DNA of 64,000 nt from a virus (taxonomy: Duplodnaviria; Caudoviricetes): the IMG/VR virus record IMGVR_UViG_3300032116_000009, one strand, 5' to 3'. How positions within the stretch are numbered: the stretch's first letter is position 1; the number at the start of each line of letters is the position of its first letter. The position numbers were made by a program, and so were the translations under genes. The notes below the pieces were generated by a model. It made no database searches and had not been told where the DNA came from. It was given only the letters and a program-made list of their open reading frames with translations. Shown one piece after another: positions 7,940 through 16,382 of this stretch.

Positions 7940-10348
7940 TTAAACGGTTCCGACAATCTCTTCGAAGCTAACTCCAGTTCTGTTAGCAACAAAAGTTAGA
8001 CCAACAAAGTTAATTGATCGTGCTGGTTTTACAAAAATATCAGCCCTAAATTGATTTGAATCAATAATATCTGGAGTATTATTGGATTCATCACAAATAA
8101 CTAAGAAGTCTGTTATACCTCTCTTTGCCCTTACATCACGGAGATATGGTTCAACAATATTCAAGAAGTTTGATCTTGTTACAGCATCATTGAATTCGAA
8201 TAGTTGGGCTCTTGCAGCTCTTTCAATGGTCTCTTCGATGGTTAGGAATAGACGACGAACATTTATTCTATCAAAAGCTGATGAATAAGAAAGTCCTGTT
8301 TTATCACCAAAAAGAATAATTCCGGATCCAGGAGAGAAAATAACTGGATTAATTCTCTTAGGATAAAGAAGATCCCTTTGACCTTGACTTGGATTGTATG
8401 CAAGTTTAACCGCATTGTTGATAGTTCCTCTTGCAGCTCCTGCTGGGGAGAACCATGGATAATTATTAATAGATGTTCTTGCCATGAGTCCAGCAATATC
8501 TCCATTCAATGGGATATATCTAAACTGATTATTAAATCTATCGAACATGTATTTGAATCCAGAATCAAATACTGCATAAGAACTTGAAGATACTGAATCG
8601 TAGAAATTAATTATGTTCGATGTTTGGGTATCACTATTGGTTACATTTACAACACCACTTCTGTGTGGGGATATGGTTACTACACAATCTTTTCTTGATT
8701 CTGCAATGGAAATAAGTTTATTTGCTTTTGCTTGAGAATCAAAGATTGTTTCTCCACCACTTGGACCACCGAGAATAAAGTTTATATTATATTCTGCTGG
8801 GTTTGATAGTATATCATAAGAACTTAGGATATTTGCCAGACTCACAGAATATCCATTACCAGCTCCATAGTTGTGGCCATTTTGTAATGAATAAGTTTTT
8901 GCACCAGAAAGTCCAAAAGTAGTTGAATTTGCTTCCTGACCCCAAGCGATTGACCCTCCACTGGATAATACATAACCATCCAGGGATGTGAATGAAGGAG
9001 AAAGTAAAGCATCTACTTCGCCAGCGTAAATATATTCTGAATTATTTTGAATATATGTCTTATAGTAAATATTTTCACTTGGAGTAATTTTGGCGTCTGT
9101 AGCTTTTGACAGATTGGTAAATTTCTCTAGAATGTTACCAGATATTCCAGAAACGGATCCACTATCATCGACTACAACTACGTGTACCTCATCATTTTTT
9201 CCATTTCTTGAGTCGGTATACTGAGATGTTCCTGGTCTAGGAGCAATGTTTTTCCAAAATACAGTAGAATTAGTTAATCCTAAAGTCTGTTGATCATACC
9301 AATCGACTACTGAATTAAGATCACTATTAGGAAGTAACCCCTCACCTCTACTTAAAGTTCCATCTATAGAATTTCTGACATAGGTTACAACTAAAGTTGT
9401 AGCTGCAAGCGCAACAGGAGAAACTGTATCTACGATGATTTGACCAGTTGCTAGTCCAACCACTCTTGCTTTAAATGTACTATTCAGTGATTGAATTAAA
9501 TCACCAACTTCAACATTATTTGATATTGAAGCGGTAGTTGCTACTACAGTAGATCCGATTCCGATTGTAGCTGCATTAGAAATTCTAAACTTCTCTAGGG
9601 AAGTAGCAGTTCCTACATTATTAAAGACTTGATAGTAAATACTTCCCTCACCTTCTGGTTGTTGAAATATTTTATTGAGTCCATTTGTTTGATATGAAAC
9701 GGAAGTACTTAATCCGGTAGTTGAATCATGTCTACTTACAATTTTTACATCCACACTACCAACATTAACTTTTGTAATAATTCCCTTGATGTATCCATTG
9801 AAAGTTTCTACAGTTCCTGAAGAAGTTACATATGAAGTGCTGACTCCGCAAGTCATAGCATAACCTACAGCTAAACCAAAAGTACCAATAGAAACTCTTT
9901 GGTCTGCAGCACTATCAATTACACAAACTTTCAATCCATTAGCCCAAGATCCTGCTTCTTTAGAAGCAAAAAACCATCCGGTTGAACTTGTATAATTATT
10001 TTGATAATCTTCTTGTGATTTTATTTTTAGAGTTACGGCACTTCCACCAACACCTGCATGTGCGTTGATTAATTCATCATCATCTGATCTAATAACTCTT
10101 AATGTTCCTCCATAAGAGAGATATGAGGATGCAGTTAACCAATATTCATACTGACCATCAGTATTAGATGGTTTGCCGAATGTGTTTAAAAGATCCTGTT
10201 CGGTCTCTACTAGAACTGGTTGTCCAATAGGTCCTCTAAGAAATGGGCCGGCGATTGCTGCAACTTGATCATTTACTGCATCGATTCTGCCTACAGTAAG
10301 ATCAACTTCTCTGACCTTTACGCCTGGTGATACTAAGTTTAGCGACAT
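7940..10348 (-). CDS. 18: Tail sheath protein gp18
   Basis: MSLNLVSPGVKVREVDLT, FGKP, WFSPAGAARG, FDRINVRRLF, IFVKPARSINFVGLTFVANRTGVSFEE; upstream ATAAATA at 10386-10392. Confidence 0.99.
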   Translation of the reverse strand: MSLNLVSPGVKVREVDLTVGRIDAVNDQVAAIAGPFLRGPIGQPVLVETEQDLLNTFGKPSNTDGQYEYWLTASSYLSYGGTLRVIRSDDDELINAHAGVGGSAVTLKIKSQEDYQNNYTSSTGWFFASKEAGSWANGLKVCVIDSAADQRVSIGTFGLAVGYAMTCGVSTSYVTSSGTVETFNGYIKGIITKVNVGSVDVKIVSRHDSTTGLSTSVSYQTNGLNKIFQQPEGEGSIYYQVFNNVGTATSLEKFRISNAATIGIGSTVVATTASISNNVEVGDLIQSLNSTFKARVVGLATGQIIVDTVSPVALAATTLVVTYVRNSIDGTLSRGEGLLPNSDLNSVVDWYDQQTLGLTNSTVFWKNIAPRPGTSQYTDSRNGKNDEVHVVVVDDSGSVSGISGNILEKFTNLSKATDAKITPSENIYYKTYIQNNSEYIYAGEVDALLSPSFTSLDGYVLSSGGSIAWGQEANSTTFGLSGAKTYSLQNGHNYGAGNGYSVSLANILSSYDILSNPAEYNINFILGGPSGGETIFDSQAKANKLISIAESRKDCVVTISPHRSGVVNVTNSDTQTSNIINFYDSVSSSSYAVFDSGFKYMFDRFNNQFRYIPLNGDIAGLMARTSINNYPWFSPAGAARGTINNAVKLAYNPSQGQRDLLYPKRINPVIFSPGSGIILFGDKTGLSYSSAFDRINVRRLFLTIEETIERAARAQLFEFNDAVTRSNFLNIVEPYLRDVRAKRGITDFLVICDESNNTPDIIDSNQFRADIFVKPARSINFVGLTFVANRTGVSFEEIVGTV

Positions 10349-10435
10349 GTCTTTCCCTCTAAAGAAGTTTCAACTTGACTACAAATATTTATTATTTGCT
10401 AACTTTATATTGGGGAAACAGTACATGAACAAAAA

Positions 10436-10666
10436 TTACCAGTCAGGATATTCCCATTTATCAAAAACTCTATTAGTCATTCTACTGGAGACTATTCTTT
10501 GAATAGTGCAATTTTTACACTCATATGAATATGCTGATGCTATGCCACCTCTACCTTTTCTCGTAAGATAAAAACCATCAATAAGATCTTTTACTTTTCC
10601 ACACTTTCTACATTTTCTCTCAGTAAGAAATAAATGTTCTAATTCAAATTGATCATCAAAATCCAT
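10436..10666 (-). CDS. Hypothetical zinc-finger protein (CxxC...CxxC), translationally coupled to gp17
   Basis: RKCRKCGKVKDLIDGFY...YECKNC; ATG overlaps the gp17 stop (TAATG). Confidence 0.75.
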   Translation of the reverse strand: MDFDDQFELEHLFLTERKCRKCGKVKDLIDGFYLTRKGRGGIASAYSYECKNCTIQRIVSSRMTNRVFDKWEYPDW

Positions 10667-12315
10667 TATCTATAATCCCACATATATTGCATGTCTCCAT
10701 ATTCATCAACATGCCAACGATCGCCATCTTCATCAACAAAGCTTTCTCCACTATCTAACCCATCAGAAATGAATCCGAAAGGGGCCATATCTTGTTCAAT
10801 TTGATTTTTTTGTTCTTCATAAATCCTTTTACGAACATCATTGTCCGTCATTTCTTTGAAGTATGGTTGCATGATTAACCATGCAAAAATAACTAGACAC
10901 ATTGCAAGATCATCATTACAACCATCTTCAGCCTCAAAAGAATTAGCTTTCTGAATGAAAGTTGTGAGTTCACTGATCACTTCATAGTCTTTAATGACTA
11001 ATTTATCTTCTTCTATTAAAGTCTTAAGATTCATGCATCCAATCTTTTTGACATTTTTGGACATCTTCACGCCCATTTGAGATTTCTTACCAGAAAACCC
11101 TTGACCCACTAATTGACCAGCACGACCCCTCATCGTACACATAAGGACGTTATCATATTCCAAATCCATATGAAGAATCTGTCCAACTTGTTCACCAACG
11201 TCATTAACTTCAACTAAAACATATGCTTTATTGTAAGCGACTGCAAGATCTTTGATAATACTCGGAAATAACATTGGTTTAATCTGGTTATTTCTGTATT
11301 TTGCTACAAGTCTATATGGAAAACTTGTTGTATCACAAATTGTAAATGCTGAATAATCTTTCTCTACGCCCCTAGCAACATCAACCGTTAAAACATAATT
11401 ATGATCCTTTTGAGGTTCTTCATAAATGTCAAGGCCTGCATTTCTTTTTATGGGATCATCGTAAACTAAAGATCTGAGTTTTGCTGCAGATATGAGAGTA
11501 TCGACAGATCCTAAAAATTCGCACTCAAACTCAACTTTAAATTGTTGTTCTGACGTGTTTGCAATAGTTTGTGCTTTCCACTTATCGTCTCTTCCTGGAA
11601 CTTCGGACCAATGAACATCTGTGGGAACGTATTCATTTTTACCGCGTTCGGCATCATGCCACATACGGTAAAAATGATTCATACCTTTTGGGGTAGAAAC
11701 AATTAGGACTTTTGTGCTTTGTCCAGACGATATAGTAGGATAAACAGAGGCAAAGAATTCATCAGCAATGTGATTCGGGATGAAAGCGAATTCGTCCAAA
11801 AAGATGATATTATACGATCCGCCTCGGACAGCAGATGCAGAAGTAGATGCGGCGATAATTTTTGAGCCATTCTCCAGTTCTAGAGATCGTTTGTTCCATG
11901 ATACGATACCTTGTTGCATCCATTTTGGCAGTTTTTCATATGCAAATTGTAATCTACTAAGTAGATCTTGTGCTGTGGATGCCTTGTTGGCTAGAATAGC
12001 TATGTTAACATTATCATTAAACACTGCATAATGTAACAAATATGAAACACAAGTTGTAGATTTACCTGTCTGACGAGGCATTCTACAAATGTTAAATCTA
12101 TTTTCGTGAAAGTTTGTAATTAACTTCTCTTGGAATGGATACATCCTAAAAGGTATTTCACCATAGTCTAGTGAAACAATCTTGATATAATTTTTAGCAA
12201 AATACACAGGATCGTTCTTGCACTTTACAAACTCAAGAACTTGTTCCTGTGTAAATTCTACGGCTACATTAGCCTTTTTAAGGTTGGGATTACCAAGATA
12301 TACCTGATCACTCAT
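10666..12315 (-). CDS. 17: Terminase large subunit gp17
   Basis: YLGNPNLK, Walker A PRQTGKST, ILANKASTA, Walker B IIFLDEFAF, VSTPKGMNHFY, nuclease VDVARG and DDLAMCL. No intein-sized insertion. Confidence 0.99.
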   Translation of the reverse strand: MSDQVYLGNPNLKKANVAVEFTQEQVLEFVKCKNDPVYFAKNYIKIVSLDYGEIPFRMYPFQEKLITNFHENRFNICRMPRQTGKSTTCVSYLLHYAVFNDNVNIAILANKASTAQDLLSRLQFAYEKLPKWMQQGIVSWNKRSLELENGSKIIAASTSASAVRGGSYNIIFLDEFAFIPNHIADEFFASVYPTISSGQSTKVLIVSTPKGMNHFYRMWHDAERGKNEYVPTDVHWSEVPGRDDKWKAQTIANTSEQQFKVEFECEFLGSVDTLISAAKLRSLVYDDPIKRNAGLDIYEEPQKDHNYVLTVDVARGVEKDYSAFTICDTTSFPYRLVAKYRNNQIKPMLFPSIIKDLAVAYNKAYVLVEVNDVGEQVGQILHMDLEYDNVLMCTMRGRAGQLVGQGFSGKKSQMGVKMSKNVKKIGCMNLKTLIEEDKLVIKDYEVISELTTFIQKANSFEAEDGCNDDLAMCLVIFAWLIMQPYFKEMTDNDVRKRIYEEQKNQIEQDMAPFGFISDGLDSGESFVDEDGDRWHVDEYGDMQYMWDYR

Positions 12316-12324
12316 AAGACAAAA

Positions 12325-12501
12325 TTACAATTTCGCTAAACTTGCTACGACTTCTTGTTGTTTGAGATATAGTTTAAAATAAGCTTTGGCAAATTCTATT
12401 GCTTCATCTCTATCTAACTTATCTATAACCCTCGATTGTTGTTCATAAATTAACATCTTATTAATATCTTCAAGTACTATTTCAGAGGGATTTACGTTCA
12501 T
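12325..12501 (-). CDS. Unannotated 58-aa helical protein, possibly NblA-like
   Basis: Below the track cutoff; translated by hand: MNVNPSEIVLEDINKMLIYEQQSRVIDKLDRDEAIEFAKAYFKLYLKQQEVVASLAKL*. It fills the gap exactly (1 nt after the upstream stop, 9 nt before gp17) and has an AAGGT SD-like sequence upstream. The ORF itself is well supported; the NblA call is tentative. Confidence 0.7.
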   Translation of the reverse strand: MNVNPSEIVLEDINKMLIYEQQSRVIDKLDRDEAIEFAKAYFKLYLKQQEVVASLAKL

Positions 12502-12502
12502 T

Positions 12503-14428
12503 TCAATTACCTTGAATAACTACAATTGGTTTTGTTGGGTCGGTAGGACTTGGATACCACTGCATTATAACTGCGCCTGGATAAAACTTTTCAATTTCCT
12601 TTTTCACTTCATCTTTTGATGGCCTCTTCATACTTGAGAAGAAAAGTTGAAGATTTGTCATTGGTCTACCTCTCCATGAAAAAAGTATAGTATAAACATT
12701 ACCACTAGATTGTATCCGTTGATAATCTTCGTTTGTCAATTGTCCTGGTTGAATAACAGAGTCTGCAAGAGGAAGAGAGGGGCCACTTAGTTTTCTAAGT
12801 GCGGCTTCTTTCTCTCCTTTGTTAGTAGTTCCAGTTGCAAGATTGCGAATTTTTGCTTGTCTTTGTGCATGTCTGTGTCCAGAACCGATTTCAAAACTCA
12901 CATTTTCATTTGCTGGGTGAACTTTTGCAATACTATATGGTTTTTCTGGAGCTAATGAAGAAGGTAGTGAGAACATTTTCCAATAACCTTCGCCGTATTT
13001 GCATTCGGAAGATGTTTCATTTTTTTGGCACTTTGGGCAATATCTTACTCCATTCATTTCTTCTGGAATAAATTCTTCTTTTTTGGTTTTATTGCCCCAG
13101 TTTGCAGCACCAACTTTACGACACTTAACTAACGCACCAGATGCATATGCAGAAGGCCAAACCTTATAACGAGATTTTACCTTTGAATAACATGCGTCCT
13201 TTTCTTCACCTAATTTTGCAGCCCTTCTTTTTGCTTTACTTCCTTTTCCTCTATCTCTGTTTTTACCTAAAGTGTCTGCCCAATAATCTTTATTCTTTCT
13301 ATTCATTTCACCACCAACAGATCTTTCTTCTGGAGGGGCACTTCTTCCACCACGACTTCTCATAGAATCAAATCTTTTATCCAATTCCTCAGTGGCAACC
13401 ATCTTAGCCTTACCCTTTCTATCTGGGTTTGGATCTTCCTGGTTCTTACGACGGAATGCTCTCTCCTCTTCTTTATCGGAGAGTTCTGCTTTCATTTTGC
13501 TGGAACCACACTTTGGTTTTGTGGTTTGTCCTGGTTGTTTTGCACAGGGTTTCCCTGCGTATTTACCACCCAGTTGAACCCAACCAGGGGTGCCATCAGA
13601 AGCGCGACTCTTAGTAAACCAGTCACGCAAAGAACTATCACCACTCTTGTTGGCTTCATCAATGGAATTCTCCTTCACACAATTAGGAACTATCTTCTTT
13701 CCTTTCTTTTTCATTCCGAGTTGTTTGTAACCATCCCAACATTTTTCGTTCACAGGCTCAGTAAAACTTTTGAATTTATAATCAGACCCTTTAACAATAT
13801 CAATAATAGTTGCAAAAAGATTTCCGTCTGCATCTAGAATCTCTAGATGTTCATTCATTCTTTTTTTACGACCTTGGCAGTGAGCTTTCTGGGAAAATCC
13901 TTTTGGATTATCACAATCAATTGACTTTTTATATTTTTCCGACCAATCTTCCTTTACCTTCTCCATTTTTCTAAGTTTGGAGTAGTAATTTGGAATTTCG
14001 TCTAAATGTTGCAATGCAATATCCATTGCTTGATCATTATCTGTAGTATGTTCCTTTTCAACTTTCATCCCCATCTCAAGTTGTTTTTCGATAACTGATG
14101 GAGATACTTTATGCTTTTTTGCGATTTCTTCTATGGATTTGTGTCCTTTGAACCCTTCTTTAACATCAGATTTTCTTTCTGTATCATCTTCTCCATGAGT
14201 AAGATGATCAGCTACTGTATCAAGATACTCTGCAGCTTTAGTGATTTTGGATTGTACCCACGCTTCTAGATCTCCTTCACCTTTGAGTTTGGTCATCAAT
14301 CTTGTAATTGCTGCCTGTGCAGTCTTAAGTTCTCCACGAGCCATTGAGAACTCAAAGTCTTCTCCAAGAGGTGCAATTGTTTGGAGGTCCGAGAGAATAG
14401 ACCACTCTTTAAAGGTAAGTTTTTCCAT
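12503..14428 (-). CDS. Modular basic protein, putative capsid-internal polyprotein
   Basis: Start moved from the track TTG (14461) to the ATG at 14428 (MEKLTFKEW), 1 nt after the upstream stop. A string of short K/R- and Cys-containing modules separated by hydrophobic-x-Glu linkers. From memory, EHTTD...HLDEIPNYYSKL resembles DUF5661 and KDACYSKVKSRYKVWPSAYASGALVKCRK resembles DUF5872; not verified. Confidence 0.8.
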   Translation of the reverse strand: MEKLTFKEWSILSDLQTIAPLGEDFEFSMARGELKTAQAAITRLMTKLKGEGDLEAWVQSKITKAAEYLDTVADHLTHGEDDTERKSDVKEGFKGHKSIEEIAKKHKVSPSVIEKQLEMGMKVEKEHTTDNDQAMDIALQHLDEIPNYYSKLRKMEKVKEDWSEKYKKSIDCDNPKGFSQKAHCQGRKKRMNEHLEILDADGNLFATIIDIVKGSDYKFKSFTEPVNEKCWDGYKQLGMKKKGKKIVPNCVKENSIDEANKSGDSSLRDWFTKSRASDGTPGWVQLGGKYAGKPCAKQPGQTTKPKCGSSKMKAELSDKEEERAFRRKNQEDPNPDRKGKAKMVATEELDKRFDSMRSRGGRSAPPEERSVGGEMNRKNKDYWADTLGKNRDRGKGSKAKRRAAKLGEEKDACYSKVKSRYKVWPSAYASGALVKCRKVGAANWGNKTKKEEFIPEEMNGVRYCPKCQKNETSSECKYGEGYWKMFSLPSSLAPEKPYSIAKVHPANENVSFEIGSGHRHAQRQAKIRNLATGTTNKGEKEAALRKLSGPSLPLADSVIQPGQLTNEDYQRIQSSGNVYTILFSWRGRPMTNLQLFFSSMKRPSKDEVKKEIEKFYPGAVIMQWYPSPTDPTKPIVVIQGN

Positions 14429-14429
14429 A

Positions 14430-14852
14430 TTACTTTTGATTAGATAAGTTTTTCTTTCCAAGTGAAATCACTTGATCTTTTGTCATACCAGTTGCTTTCA
14501 TCTTTGCTGCACCACCACCAGCAGCAAAATCATCCATTGGTTTTTTGACTGGTGTAGACTGCTGTTGAGAAGGTCTGTTTATTTTGTTAGAAAAATCTTG
14601 TTGTGCCTTTGCTGCTTTTGCCTTTTGTCCCGCATAAAGAACATCACTCACACTACTTCCTTTTTTTAGTGCTGCTTGTCCACCACCTGCTTTAAGGGCT
14701 GCATATCCACCTCTGTCAGAAAATTGCTTTGATCCAATCTGATTTGAAGCATAGGCATTTCTTTGAGCACTTGTAGTGAAACGACTATTTGGATTCATTG
14801 CCATTTCACTAATAGAATAAGCCTCGGCACAAAAATTTCGGAATGTCTTCAT
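14430..14852 (-). CDS. Putative internal head protein with T4-like capsid-targeting sequence
   Basis: Begins MKTFRNFCAE|A (T4 IPII/IPIII leader is MKTYQEFIAE); basic, Gly/Ala-rich; CTAAATA box at 14877-14883. Confidence 0.75.
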   Translation of the reverse strand: MKTFRNFCAEAYSISEMAMNPNSRFTTSAQRNAYASNQIGSKQFSDRGGYAALKAGGGQAALKKGSSVSDVLYAGQKAKAAKAQQDFSNKINRPSQQQSTPVKKPMDDFAAGGGAAKMKATGMTKDQVISLGKKNLSNQK

Positions 14853-14875
14853 TTCTTTACTTAGTGGTCTATCTA

Positions 14876-15307
14876 TTATTTAGATGTATCTTGATTCATG
14901 GAACTCTTCAAGAACTTTTGAAGTTCTGCAGTAGAACCAAAGAATACTGCATTGTTAGTAACACTTGTCGGTGTTGCTCCTTTTTCTTCCTTATTAATAT
15001 CTTTCATTTTCTTTTGAAGATCTAAAAGTTTATCTGTAACATCTCCAACATTCTTGATTAATTGTCCAGCAACTTCATATGCTCTAGGTGAATCTGATTC
15101 TTGGGCTAGTTCTAGAATTCCATTAATCGCTTCTTGACCCTTCTCGATAATTGAGTAAAGTTGACCCCTAGAATATTCATAATCCTTTTGTAATTGATCA
15201 AGATTTTCTGTAGGTTTTTGAATATCAGTTACTTCTGTTTTAACTATTTCGGATTTAATCGTTGTTGGTTCTATATCTAAAGCTTTGTCAATATCATCAA
15301 AGTTCAT
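14876..15307 (-). CDS. 16: Terminase small subunit gp16
   Basis: DYEYSRGQLYSIIEKGQEAINGILELAQESDSPRAYEVAGQLIKNV...NNAVFFGSTAELQK. Confidence 0.95.
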   Translation of the reverse strand: MNFDDIDKALDIEPTTIKSEIVKTEVTDIQKPTENLDQLQKDYEYSRGQLYSIIEKGQEAINGILELAQESDSPRAYEVAGQLIKNVGDVTDKLLDLQKKMKDINKEEKGATPTSVTNNAVFFGSTAELQKFLKSSMNQDTSK

Positions 15308-16356
15308 ACATCAGTTCCTTTAGTAGTACTATAAACTTTACCATCACCATAATCATAACGATATTCACTAAATCCAAAATCATCGTCAAGATCAATTAAA
15401 TCATCATCTACACTATTAATAACATTGACTGCAGTTCCAGAAGCATGTGAAGAAGCTATCGTACCATCTTGACTTCTATTAACCGTTAATGTATTTCCAC
15501 TTATCTTACGAATGTACATAGATTCGTCATCAATTTGAATATATGATTTTTCAACTAAAGACGTAGCATCAGAAACTGTAAATTCTGTAATATCTGTAGA
15601 AACATCCTCTGAAATTACCGTTATTTCATCATTGTTATAATCTCTAAGAGCCCTAGGTTCTACTACATATCTTAATTGTCTTGATGAATTGTTTCTATTG
15701 GTATTGGAATAGTAATCTACTTGAACTTGTTTAATTAGAGCATCATTACCATTTCCAGTAGGGCCAAATAGATATGTTTTAGCTGTGAAGTCAAGAGTAT
15801 AAATTAAAATTCTTCTTGTTGTAAAATCTCCTTCATATTGATCATCTATTCCAATTCTTTCCAAAATCATTGGAATATCTCTTTTTTCACCAATACTTGA
15901 GGCTAAATCTACTGTTAGATTTAAGTGTGGTTGGAAATAGGGCAATATTTGTTCTACTATTTGTAAAGCATCTTCATTCAATTTAGCCATTATTGAAAGT
16001 CTAATGTTTACATTATATGGAACTGGCAAAAAAGATTTTGTTATTTCATTATTATTATCAGAATCCAATGCTTTAAATGTCTGCATTGTAGATGACTTTC
16101 TGGATGGATCATAAGAGATACCAGTCATCTCAAATGACATTCTCGGTAGAGTTATAGCAACTCTTCTTTTTAAATCTGGTACTTGTTCAATTCTAGCTAA
16201 AAATTTCTGTATGGGTCCATAAGCTATAGGGACCGTAATGATACTAAAATCATCTCCAGCACTATCTTTATGTTTAATTTTTATATCATTAAATAACGTA
16301 CCAAAAGCTACTATGGTCTTTCTCAATATTTCGTGATAAAAATAATTTGATATCAT
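15304..16356 (-). CDS. 15: Proximal tail sheath stabilizer gp15 with extra C-terminal domain
   Basis: YFYHEILRKTIVAFGTLFNDI, VPIAYGPIQKFLARI, ITLPRMSFE, LQIVEQILPYFQP, YTLDFTAKTYLFGP. Confidence 0.95.
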   Translation of the reverse strand: MISNYFYHEILRKTIVAFGTLFNDIKIKHKDSAGDDFSIITVPIAYGPIQKFLARIEQVPDLKRRVAITLPRMSFEMTGISYDPSRKSSTMQTFKALDSDNNNEITKSFLPVPYNVNIRLSIMAKLNEDALQIVEQILPYFQPHLNLTVDLASSIGEKRDIPMILERIGIDDQYEGDFTTRRILIYTLDFTAKTYLFGPTGNGNDALIKQVQVDYYSNTNRNNSSRQLRYVVEPRALRDYNNDEITVISEDVSTDITEFTVSDATSLVEKSYIQIDDESMYIRKISGNTLTVNRSQDGTIASSHASGTAVNVINSVDDDLIDLDDDFGFSEYRYDYGDGKVYSTTKGTDV

Positions 16357-16382
16357 TATAATTTATTGGGAGTAATAATTAT

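Noticed and set aside
10666-12315. Intein, intron or homing endonuclease in gp17 (also considered for gp18, gp20 and gp23)
   Set aside because: Lengths are normal, ORFs are uninterrupted, and no LAGLIDADG, GIY-YIG or intein splicing motifs were seen.
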